This document shows, piece after piece, positions 1 through 10,848 of a DNA stretch of 62,423 nucleotides (positions within the stretch are counted from its first letter, which is position 1; the number at the start of each line of letters is the position of its first letter). The notes under the pieces are model-generated. The model made no database searches. It was not told the DNA's origin and saw only the letters and a list, made by a program, of their open reading frames with translations. Source of the DNA: Nemertoderma westbladi (lineage: Eukaryota; Animalia; Xenacoelomorpha); NCBI GenBank assembly GCA_032718475.1, contig JAUCBJ010000041.1:1-62423 (forward strand), written 5' to 3'. Position numbers and translations under genes: made by a program.

Positions 1-54
1 AGAAGACATCTTAATTTGGTGGGTTAAACTGCCAAAGGTCTGAAAGCGCGAACA
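1..54 (+). mobile_element. 3' tip of a BEL/Pao LTR (same subfamily as the LTRs of the 29166-53859 element)
   Basis: Identical to 30305-30358 and ends ...GCGCGAACA; joined directly to mid-gag sequence at 55. Confidence 0.9.
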
Positions 55-139
55 AGTATGTTATACCGACGACGGTGAAAGCCAAACTTCTCAAGGAAAG
101 GACAGCGGGAAAGACACTGACAGATCTTATGTCAATAAA

Positions 140-2047
140 ATGCCTAAAGATCAGGTAAGTAAATCCGAGTCTCGACCCAATGACAGAAGGGAACCGGTAC
201 AAAAAACCCCTCCTACGTCTCCTAAAAGAATTCAGGTGAGAAAGCCCGAGGAAAGAACAAGTGTGCACCACATAGCACATGTTAAAGTAAGTAACATCAA
301 GCCCAAATGTGTGCTGTGCGACGGGCCCCACCGTTTAAATGCGTGTGATAAATTCCTGAGGAAATCACTAAAGGATAGACGTGAAGTCATGTGGGATAAG
401 CGGTTGTGTTATAATTGCCTCAGACGAGGACACCAACGGCGAACCTGTAACTCCGACGCAAGGTGTGCAAAGTGCGGCGCAAAACATCATATCTTGTTGC
501 ACACGGAATTCGAACGAAACAGCCCGAGTCAGGTAAGTGAGTCCGAACTACATGTCCAATTCAGTGATGTGAACGACACTGATCAATCTGAGATGGAAGG
601 ATTCTATACGGACGAGTTCTCCGACCAAAACGAATCCTGTTACCTAATAAACACCACCGCAGTGTATCGAGCACTCGTGCATGAGAAAGACACAGACAGC
701 GACCTCACCCTAACTACTTCAGATCAACAACCATCTTGGAAAGCGCCAACTTCCAATATAGGAATCCGAGAATTTCCTGTAGTCCAGTTACGGGTCCACG
801 GACCTCAGAAGAGCTATATAGTGAACGCCCTCCTGGACTCCGGTAGCACAGGAACATTCATCGATAAAGAACTAGCCGAAGTCATCTTTGCTGGACAACC
901 CAAGTTCCGAACCAAGCTAAACATGTCAGGAATCATGCAAGTTTGGAAATCTACAGTAACAGCTGATTATTATGTAGGCGCGTTGTCCACCCCCCAGGAC
1001 GAACTAGGAGAACATAGCATAAGGTCAGTGAAAATGGTGGCTATAAAGAACTTCGCTACTACTCAAGCAGACCTTTATAATTGGGACGAGGATGAGAGCA
1101 TCCAACATCTTAACATACCTCGATTCCAGACTGATTATCCTGGAGTGCAAATACTCATCGGCCAAAACGCGCATGAGGCGCTGGAGACATTAGAGAAACG
1201 ACCTGCTCAACCGCAGCCACTACAGACCTATGCGGTAAGAACTAGAGTAGGTTGGTACCTTACTGGACCTTCCCGTAGAACGCTCAGGGAAAGACTGCTT
1301 CAAGATCGCGTCTGCCAGGTGAGTGAATGGGAAGATGATACTAGTGAGGGAGACGACCCAACTGAGGGAACACCACACTCCTCAGATAATGACAATCTTA
1401 GCTCCAATGTAGATCAATGGAGATATTGCCCCAAGAAGTTTAATCCAACGGACATCGCTTCCAGAGGAGCAACTCCTCAAGAACTGACAGATACTATAGA
1501 CCGGTTAGGTGAACCCGACTTCCTGAGTAAGGAGAATGAATGGCCTCCCCATCTTACTCCGACTGAGATTAGACCAGCCAAGGGAGCGGAGAAAGTCGAA
1601 CCTGAAACCCGGACGGGTGGATCGGAGTTATTTGAACCCGGGATAGATCTGTCGGTATTACATGTTGCCAGGGACCACGCCGTGGATCTGGGCCTCCCCA
1701 CCGCGAGTGGATCCTTCATGAAGATCAGAGAGAGCGATTGGAGCTCTGGAACATCAGACGTCTCGCAGGGACTCTCACCTCTCCTGCAGAGAGCGACGGA
1801 CCACTATAGCTCCTGGAATCGGCTTTGTGACGCCGTCATATACTTTGAGCGATGTTTCTATCGTCACTATTCCAGGACGAAGAGGAAACCTGGAATTGTA
1901 TTCAGGATGCAGCGACTCAATCACCCAGTCGGTCGTTTGTGTTTATCGGAAGGGAATGGAGGACTCTCCGGAAACTGTGGAAGGCAAGATTCTCTTCCCA
2001 CGACCACCTCCCTAATCCTTCAAACATCTAGGGACTCCATAACGTAA
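140..2047 (+). CDS. Truncated Gag (three Cys/His knuckles)-aspartic protease fused in frame to short pol remnants; frame is open from position 56
   Basis: CVLCDGPH, CYNCLRRGH, CAKCGAKHH knuckles; ALLDSGS protease motif; then QWRYCP..NPTDIASRG (post-RNase H) and the integrase C-terminal tail; no YMDD. Confidence 0.8.
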   Translation: MPKDQVSKSESRPNDRREPVQKTPPTSPKRIQVRKPEERTSVHHIAHVKVSNIKPKCVLCDGPHRLNACDKFLRKSLKDRREVMWDKRLCYNCLRRGHQRRTCNSDARCAKCGAKHHILLHTEFERNSPSQVSESELHVQFSDVNDTDQSEMEGFYTDEFSDQNESCYLINTTAVYRALVHEKDTDSDLTLTTSDQQPSWKAPTSNIGIREFPVVQLRVHGPQKSYIVNALLDSGSTGTFIDKELAEVIFAGQPKFRTKLNMSGIMQVWKSTVTADYYVGALSTPQDELGEHSIRSVKMVAIKNFATTQADLYNWDEDESIQHLNIPRFQTDYPGVQILIGQNAHEALETLEKRPAQPQPLQTYAVRTRVGWYLTGPSRRTLRERLLQDRVCQVSEWEDDTSEGDDPTEGTPHSSDNDNLSSNVDQWRYCPKKFNPTDIASRGATPQELTDTIDRLGEPDFLSKENEWPPHLTPTEIRPAKGAEKVEPETRTGGSELFEPGIDLSVLHVARDHAVDLGLPTASGSFMKIRESDWSSGTSDVSQGLSPLLQRATDHYSSWNRLCDAVIYFERCFYRHYSRTKRKPGIVFRMQRLNHPVGRLCLSEGNGGLSGNCGRQDSLPTTTSLILQTSRDSIT

Positions 2048-2572
2048 CAACATATGGAGTGGGTGTGTGACTCTATTATTTTATATTATTTTATTATTTT
2101 TATATTTATGTATGTATTACTATGTAATTCTATTATAATCGTTTTCTTTAATTTTATTCAGTAGAATGTTATTTTAGCGATTATTTTGTAGAATAGTGCA
2201 ATATATTCGTGTTTATTACGTACGTAATTACTTATATTATATTTAGTGAGACGGCGAAGAAATAATTATTTTTCTCTTTCCTTACTGTCCGTATTATATT
2301 ATAAATACGTAACTACAGTAAGATGAAATGTCCGTACTTATTAAAGTACAATAAAGCCACTACTATATTTAAGTATTATTGGTAGGCAGAGTATTAGGAA
2401 TGCAAAGTTCAGATCCTCGTGTCTCGGCTAAACCAAGCTCTGGGTAGACCTTGGAAACGACTTGCCTCTTCACACTGACATTGCTTCGTGCGATATTGCT
2501 CTCATACCGTATATTAAATAATACATATAGTAGCGTGATGTCCCTTTAACAGTAGCGTATAACGCAAAATAA

Positions 2573-3617
2573 ATCTGTTAAACCCTTTGACCATCTGTAA
2601 TTCTAGTCGATTAAGATATCGTGGCACCCACCGATATACTTGAAAGACAAATTATAGAATCAGTGGTTAACGTCCCCAGACAAGTTCTAGAATAAATCGG
2701 TGCCCATCTCAAATATTAATTAGTTAATATTTACAAATCAAATAAGTCAAAATCTGTAAAATTCAGATCCTTCAACAATTCTAGTCAATTAAGATATCGT
2801 AGCATGTACCGATATTCTTAAAGAGACAATTGTCATAGAATTAAGGATCTTGTGTCCCTAGACATGTTCTAGAATCAAAATATGCCCATTTAATTATCAA
2901 ATAATAAAATTTCAGGGAATAAATTTAAATTCATGTCTTTTAATGAATTTAATAAATTGCCATTTTACGCAATTTATAACATTCCCAAAATTCCATTAAT
3001 TAATAGATCAAGGGAGCGGAGATTTATATTATTATGCGTATGCGTGTACGAAAGTCTCCCAAACATAGTCAATAGCCGATAAAATTCATAAAGTCATGTA
3101 TAAAACAGAACATTGACTATTAAAGAATACTATTAAATAACATCCCAGATCTGTATGCATTGGAATTACTCTAATTCTACCGCTAGCTTTGCATAATGTC
3201 ACCATAGCAACAACCACGCTAGAATTAGAATTGAGTTAAAAGAACAATAGAAAGCTTGTCCCATTGAATAGCATAGGGAATAAATAGCGCACTACTAGTA
3301 TCCAAGGATACATAATAATACAGTGACATTCTGGAAGGCATTGACTAACGGACAAATGGCCCGAATGTGCGTAGTTGTGACCAGTTGTGTGGTATTTGTG
3401 AGTTTATAGGTGAATGTTACTGCTAAGGTGTGTTTACAGTAGCTAGTCGCAATCGTAAAAGTAACCTAACTCTCCAAGGAAAACCTGAAGTACATCTAAG
3501 CCTTTGGGACGGACAGTTGAGTGACTTGTGCCGGTTGTCGTTGTCGTTGTGCGGCTACGTCGTTGGCGAAAGTACAGCGGCGACGACACATCGGCGCTGA
3601 GGATCTCGTACTGTCCG
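2573..3617 (+). ncRNA. Candidate cis-acting structured RNA region in the retrotransposon 3' non-coding segment
   Basis: Three diverged hairpin/pseudoknot modules with compensatory changes, several further inverted repeats, and a long G-U-rich hairpin (3511-3616). Confidence 0.55.
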
Positions 3618-3699
3618 GGGGTTGATTGGGGTAGGCAGCGACGCCCGCTCGCCTAAATATAAACTCATTATAATATGGATAAACTCATATATAGCAGAT

Positions 3700-5031
3700 A
3701 TGACGGAGTTGATAGAAGATGGTCTTAGTATCGGGGAGCGATATACTCTACTTTTACAAGCGTTTGTTGATAGCTTAATACGCGGCGACGTTAGTCCAAC
3801 TGCTGCGGAGGACGATGGTCGTTATATCGAACCGCCAATGTCCCAAGAGCAGCTCGCGCGAGTTGGACTATAGAAAATTCGCTGCTCGATATACGCAGCG
3901 TAATGGTACGTATATGGTCTTCTTAACTACTGGTCATCCTATCGATTTACATAATACGGACTATGTCGACTATATATCCTGCCCAGCGGAGTCGGAACCA
4001 TAAACTGAAATTCGAATGCGAAAATTCTATTCGAAATCGACTCGAAAGAAAAGACACTAAAGAAACAAATAAACGCGGTAACTCCAACGTATATTTGGAA
4101 TTCTTGATAGAAGCATTGTAACAACAAATAAATATCACCCGCGTCTCCCCTACCAGACGTACGTCTTTGGTATTATTACGGTAAATGCCCTAGACCCAGA
4201 CAATAAACGGAAAGACATAAACATCCACGGAAACGTTGTGTTAAACACAGTTGTGTTCGTTATATTTACTGGAGTTTCGAGCGAAACTTGTTTGACGTAT
4301 CACCTATGCTCACTCGGCTCGAACGATCCTGGAGTAAACCTACGATCAGAGTCCCGGAATACTCGGTCAAACCTCCTCATTCCTTAGTTGGACCTCAGAC
4401 CTGCGATCCTGGTGGTGTCGCGGATCCTCGCGGACTGTATTCACTGTTCAAAGATCTAGTGCTACCCTAACAATTAATCGGTAACACTCCGATAGTGATT
4501 TCTAGCTAGCCGCCCATCTTACCTAGCCGGATTGTGACGCGGACACCTAATATCACTATCCAACCGTATGGTCGTCCACGTTTAACGCGATACAACACCT
4601 CATCAAGGTGAAGGAGAGCGTTGTACGAAACGAGTTAAACGCTATTCTATAAAGATCAAAAGGGAAACCTGCGTTTGTTCAGATAAACGTAAGTTATAAC
4701 AGTAAGTCCAATCGATAAACGAATTGGCCTTATCTCAATTCGATTGGGAAATCCAGAATCTCTAAGAAGTTATCGAACTTGGACGATCCTATTCTCTGCG
4801 AGAGTTTTTGGATGAACGTATCCAGCTACGAGCGGAGGAAAATCAGCTCGAGGAGAAGCATATCGAAACGGCAGATACCTCGACCACAATCCTACACCTT
4901 CTGATGCAATCATATTGCACCCTTCACCCAGGAGTTATGGCCCTCCTAGTAAAGTGGCTTCCCCCAAAGAGAAAAAGACTCTTGCTAGCCTCAAAAAACT
5001 GCGTAAACACCGTCTGCGTAAGAAAGACTAA
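3700..5031 (+). pseudogene. Decayed copy of the accessory (env-position) ORF region
   Basis: Aligns to 48351-49867 with a 2-bp deletion near 3860, two larger deletions and further indels. Confidence 0.7.
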
Positions 5032-5109
5032 CTGTTTAGAGTATCTTTATGTTTTAGAAACTGTGATTTTTATATTTTATAGACTGAAAATCCCATTTTC
5101 TGGGAGCGG

Positions 5110-6334
5110 TGCAAAAGCTTTTGCTGAATTGTCCGGTTATTTTTCCTTATTTTTCCCGTAAAATACTCTGTAGTTGGTTTACCAGGCATAAAAAGGCCGT
5201 GTCCTTGCTGTACTGGTGTTTTAGCGGACATAAAAGCTATTTCTTCTGTATTTGTACTTTAGAGGACATAATCCGTAATTCCGTGACGTAAAAGCTCGAT
5301 ACTCTTGAAAACAGTGTCGCTACCATGACGACGGCTAGCAGCTGATATTGCCATGTCGACGTTTCTTTGTTTCTTTGTTCTCTCGTTGTTCAGGTTGACC
5401 AATCAGAGCGTTTGTTGTCTCTGTGTTAGAGGTGTATACAGAAACTCAGTAGTTCAGTGTTATGTTTTGCCCAGAGCCTAAGAACCGGCTTTTGGCACCT
5501 CCGTGTTTTCAGTTTTTAGTCTTACACTAGTAGGCTTAATTATAAGGACATATATCCGTTATCTGCATATTACATACTGATGTCTGATGTCTGCATACTG
5601 CATACTGCATACTGCAGTACTGCATACACTGCATACTGTGTAACACTGTGCATACTTTTATATTGTTATACTGCTATTTACTGTCAGTTCTTCATAATAT
5701 GGTTGATGAATTATTATATTTGGAATAACGACAAATAACCCCGAAAACCCAATATTCTTGATATACCGAAGGTAAGAGAGAAAGGTTACAGATAAATGAT
5801 TGCGACCTATGTTGAGTGGTTTGAAGTGAATCTAATGTTATTTGATAGACCCTACATGATTCGGTCCGTGCTCCTTTTATATGTGACTAAAATCAGTGAA
5901 GATCGGCAGATCAGTGTGCAGTATTGTGCAGCATTGTGTATGAGTGAGACTGATAACGAAGCATTTCCTAAAGAATGCGCCATATATGTGAATTGTAACT
6001 AAGCCATATCGTTGTGAGTAGTTTAAGTCATAACTCTGTTTATATAGATAGAGCGCCACGTCCTAAAGGAACTGTTAATATTTCCCGAAGGTGAATAATA
6101 TTGTCAGAGATTATATAATACTGTCAGTCGAATAATACATTGGGCTTACATAGCAATAAAATTAAGCCGTCGAACCCAATCTCCCGGGTATATCCAACGG
6201 GTGAATGATCGCGCACAGATTGGTTTCGACTAGTGTAGTGAATTAAATACTTGTCATAGGCTAAAGGTGATTTATTATCTAGAAGACATCCTAATTTGGC
6301 GGGTTAAACTGCCAAAGGTCTGAAAGCGCGAACA
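5110..6334 (+). repeat. 3' LTR (diverged subfamily)
   Basis: TG...CA termini, follows the PPT, similar to 29166-30358 except a replaced block at about 5567-5665. Confidence 0.92.
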
Positions 6335-6732
6335 AATGTAACTCAATAACATGAACATAACACACACTTTACTGGTTTAACCTGCACCTTTCCGGAACAT
6401 TGTTACTACTAGTACTACTAGTATCGGCATGCTGCATTGCAGCTGCATTTTTAAGAATGCTGTGCCGGCTTGTCGACAAAATTGCACCGCCACAACTCCC
6501 TATCACCCATGACATTTGCTAGATCATCCGCATCTTCAAGGCCAGTGTCCTTTAAGATGCGTCTCAAGAAAGTCATGGGCTGTCCACCATGCTTATTCAC
6601 TCATCTTAACATGGAACAATGTTAATTCATCGCAAAGGAATTTGTGTCACCTTTACTACTAAAGACAGAAACCCTTTTAGAATATCCATTTGAGAATTTA
6701 TTGGATATAGATTATAAATAATAAGAATAAGA

Positions 6733-7460
6733 ACGTTCGTGAGGCCTTCGCGCAGCACGAGGCTCAGTTATCAGATACAGATTAAAATTGAGCAATTCTA
6801 TCCCAAAATAGGCATTTAAGAAATTTAATCAAACCGCCAATAAGAATAAATCAAAGAAGAGAGACTGCACGACTGCCGGACTGTACCACCCCAACCCAAA
6901 GGCGCACAGAGGATTAATGAAAGGCAAGGATTTAACAGGAAATTTGTTGTTTGAATTGTTTAAATTTTAGGCGTAGAGGCGACCCAATTTGAAAAAATAT
7001 TAAAACATACCTTATGCCGATAGTTTTGATACTGAAATATTAATTTATCATGTCAACACGTCAACGAAATAATTTAACTAATTAATCTAAAAAATCAGGA
7101 TGAAATACTCAGGCAATCATTTTACGAGATAAATAATAAGCAAGCTGGCTTATTAGTACGGCACAGTGCCTGCCTATGTCCTATAGACTCGCACCTATGG
7201 ACTGGTTCCAACTAATAGGCAATAGCAAGCATGCCAAGGAATGAGTGAAGTATAGATTGGTAATTGGTAACTTAATTACTTTTAGATAAATTAAAAACAC
7301 ATTTCTTAAAGCAAATCACTTGAACTAATTAAAAACTATAATGGAATGGGGTATGGGGATTACAGCTGTATTTTTAAGTATAATTATTTATATCTTGTAC
7401 TATAAAATAATTAATTTCCATTAAAAGTCATGTTCATTGTTCTTCAGAAGGCCTCCTTAT
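6733..7460 (-). mobile_element. Diverged copy of the non-autonomous element at 43865-46325, opposite orientation
   Basis: 6733-6850 matches the reverse complement of 46210-46325; 7270-7430 matches the reverse complement of 44145-44305. The right boundary is approximate. Confidence 0.65.
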
Positions 7461-7808
7461 CCTGGAATATAGCGACTTAATTGAGTGGCTTGGACCAAGC
7501 CCATCAAATTTTTCTACAAATCTTACATGAGATTGCATGAAATTCCTTCATACTTAGTGGGTGAGCCAGAATTTGTATTTTTGCCTTTATTCTTTAGCTA
7601 CTACTGTACAAGAAGACAAGCGTTTTACATCTGATGCCATTGATATTCTACAAGTTGAACTGCAGTTATTCCTCAACTTTACTGCAGTACATCAGTGCCG
7701 GTCCCGGTAGTACAGTACCTAACAGCTGAAAACCTGAACACAGCAGTATATGGTATAGTAGGCCTCTTCCTCTAGGCATAGTACAGTACCAGTAGTAGAT
7801 ATATTTGG

Positions 7809-8564
7809 ATGATGGCGTTCCGAAATAAATTAAAGGCTCTTAACTACCATGGGTGGAACGACTTTACGGTGCAAAACGATAAACATTACAGAGCGTTGTG
7901 CGTATGGTTGGAAGACCAAATGATCCGTCACTACCCCATAGAGAAACGGGGACCCATACGCGCGATAGAGTACCCTGGCTGGGATGCCGCGTTCCAAGCT
8001 TACCTCACCGATATTGGGTGCCCAACCCCTCACACAGACAAACTCGCCTGTCTAGACTGGCTGCTAAACCGCGCGGTTAAACTTTCTTTCGATGACGGCG
8101 TTGAGCAGTACCGCAGACTTACAGCGGAGAATGTGCAGCACGGCGACACTACCGGTACGCAAACAGGCCTACAGGCCCTGAGTAACATCGACGTCAACTC
8201 TCCGGACTTCCGCGCCGGATTAGCCCAGATCTGCGCAATACTAGGACTCCCGCGACACGACAATCACCTCGTGATGCTGTCCGCTTTGTCTCGTTTCTGC
8301 GAGGAACGAATACACCCAGAAGCGGTGGAACGTTTTGCTAAGAACAAACAGAGCGGCGTGCTTCTTAGGATTAAGGATATTGATTTGGGTTTGACAGGGG
8401 TAGATGATCAGCCAACCCTAGAGGCTGGTAAGATACTCCGTCTGCTACACATTAACGAACTTAGAGACCTTCAGGACAGAATAAACCACGCGATTGTAGC
8501 CTGTCAGGCCGTAACTGCCAACCCTAAAACAGACCAGCGGCTGGGACAGGTCGGCAGGTTCTAG
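7809..8564 (+). CDS. RTRAF: RNA transcription, translation and transport factor (C14orf166/CGI-99/hCLE; tRNA-splicing ligase complex subunit), intronless CDS
   Basis: FRNKLKALNY, WLEDQMIRHY, ILRLLHINELRDLQDRIN and the C-terminal NPKTDQRLGQVGR match the RTRAF family over full length; AATAAA at 8623. Confidence 0.95.
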   Translation: MMAFRNKLKALNYHGWNDFTVQNDKHYRALCVWLEDQMIRHYPIEKRGPIRAIEYPGWDAAFQAYLTDIGCPTPHTDKLACLDWLLNRAVKLSFDDGVEQYRRLTAENVQHGDTTGTQTGLQALSNIDVNSPDFRAGLAQICAILGLPRHDNHLVMLSALSRFCEERIHPEAVERFAKNKQSGVLLRIKDIDLGLTGVDDQPTLEAGKILRLLHINELRDLQDRINHAIVACQAVTANPKTDQRLGQVGRF

Positions 8565-9495
8565 TTTAGTTTTGTACGGGTGGTTAGCGGCCAAATTGTA
8601 ATACTTCGGGAATTGATTTAACAATAAATATTTACGTATTTGAGGCAAAAAAAGAGTTTAAGACCATAAACAATGAATACCGGTACTACAGTACTAGTGG
8701 TGTAGTTTGCCAACCCACCTCCTGAGGTCCCGTCTGCCTGGTCCATTCTTATGTGGTGCGTCTACCCAACAGCAATATGTTTCTGCTGGTGTGAAACTAA
8801 TAGGGTTAGTACCTGCCTACTACCTGCCTTAAAGGTAACAGCCAAGAGAGTGTGTTCCGACGGTGTTTGCAATCTGGGAGTATATGGTAAAAAATGTAGT
8901 AATTTTAAAATTTATTACTAATTACTTAAATTTATTTATGAAATTAATTGGAGTTGAAATGAATTTGGGTTTTTTATATTTTCTGAACAAAATCATATTA
9001 TAATTAATTATTATTTATTTATTTAAGCAGCAATTAAAGTACTAAGTAAGTGAGAATAAAAGTACTCATAGAAAAAACTCAGGAAAACGTATTTATATAA
9101 TGTATTTTATATTCAATACTTTATATTCCTTCCGAATATAAAGATAAATATTATATCCGGCAACTTATCCTATAAATTTATTTCGGTAATAAATTTTTTT
9201 GGACATTTTAGGAATAATAAACAATTTTAATTTATTTTTTCTGTGAATCATCTAATAATATATTATTTTGGGTGGGTGAATGAGTGGTTTCACATTTATT
9301 ACAATTTTCGTTGGACACAGCATTGCAAAGTCGGCAATGATGTAAGATTTAACTTGTGAAAGGAAGACGGAAAGGAAGTACAGTAGGGTGAGTACAGTAG
9401 TGGCAGCATATGGTATTGACAGATGGGAGGCCATGGCGACCTAAATTGCGAACATACAAGGTATCAGATAGTATTTCTAGGTCTATCTTTTACCT

Positions 9496-9568
9496 GAGCC
9501 GCTAGCTGAATGGTTAAAGAGTCAGACTTCCAACCCGGAGGTCACCAGTTCGATCCCACCTGGGTGTC
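9496..9568 (+). pseudogene. tRNA-derived sequence (tRNA pseudogene or SINE head)
   Basis: A-box TAGCTGAATGG and B-box-like AGTTCGATCCC at tRNA spacing, CTTCCAA loop, but the anticodon and acceptor stems pair poorly. Confidence 0.6.
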
Positions 9569-10689
9569 TTTGCCGAATTTGCGAAGATGCGCACAAAAAA
9601 ATTATAATCATCCATCCAACATTCTCGGAATTGTGACAAGTGAAACACTCCAGCAAACAAATTAACTTCTTATTGGAAACGTCCGGTTGGGTTGGATAGA
9701 TTTACTAAAATAATTTGGTTAAAAATTAAGTAACTATAGTTTATAGTTATAACGAGTCCTATCTTTAGTTCTTGTCAAGAGTTGAGCAGTTCAAAAACAC
9801 GATTTGGTTATGTATGTATGTATGTATATGTATAACCATCCAATATCTCAAAAACTCAAGCAGGTACGCAAAAATGTTTAACGCGACTATTTATCAATTA
9901 TTATCTAGTTGTTGAATAAAAAAGTTGGGAACTATTCGATATTCGAAATATTAGCATATTATCAACATTATAGAACGCGAAATTAAATACCCACAGCTAC
10001 ACTTTTACAGCTGAACAACATTTCACTACTTGTTGTCAAATGGAGTAACGTATATTAATTATATTATTAATTATAGTTCTATCTCTATTCAGTCAGTTAG
10101 TGTAATGTCAAGCAGTACATCATTTATATATCGTATATATTGTGGCCCTATTGTCATCGTTGTAATACTGTCATCAACTCAGGCTAAGCCCAATTATAAT
10201 GTAAAGGCTTAGTAGGTTTTGTATATCTGGGATGTTTACAACAGCTGTCGATTAAACAAACAAAACCAGAAAACTGAACCCAGGGTGCCAGCCGAGTACC
10301 AACGGCTGTTGGGTAGACTAATGGAAGATTTCACAAACTTTCATAGGAGGCTTGTACATGTACATTATATTGGTTGCTCCGGTGTTTGTATATTAGGCTA
10401 ACTGAGAATGTATTTGGTATAAATAATTAGTGTTCTTTATTTTATTTATCTAATACAGAAAGACCCCTCCGCAGAATAAACTGATCTTTGGGGCCGTTTC
10501 CCAGGTTGCGGATCGGGATAACATTTCACATATCGAACTAATTATGATTATTATTTGTTTATTACATTAGATGGGAGGCAGTTTTCTGATTGATGCAAGG
10601 CATTCTTGGTTTGCATCTTCCAATCCCATCTGTTTCTTGGAGTCTGTGTAAGACAGGTTCGTTCAAAGCCATCTTTATGGCGTTCTAGT

Positions 10690-10800
10690 TTGAGAAAATG
10701 AAAGTATCGGGAAATCTGTAAGAAACGCGTTCGCTTTGATAACTGTGCGCAGTAAAAGTAACTAAGGAAACAACGACGGCAATAATGGCGGCTTCATTTC
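10690..10800 (-). pseudogene. Possible small piggyBac transposase relic
   Basis: Minus frame reads RTRFLQISRYFHF, resembling the piggyBac MxRxRFxxIxRxLHF motif; nothing else recognisable. Confidence 0.3.
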
Positions 10801-10848
10801 TTTTAAAACACAACAATAGAACATAAAAAAACCTTTCTAAAATTAAAT

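Larger units (their letters stand above)
55..6334 (+). mobile_element. Internally deleted, non-autonomous BEL/Pao LTR retrotransposon (5' part outside window)
   Basis: Colinear with 38654-51120 but lacks RT/RNase H and the integrase core; has PPT GGGAGCGG (5102-5109) and a 3' LTR. Confidence 0.92.

Noticed and set aside
9496-9568. Functional tRNA-Gly(TCC)
   Set aside because: The anticodon stem TCAGA/CCCGG and the acceptor stem do not pair properly.
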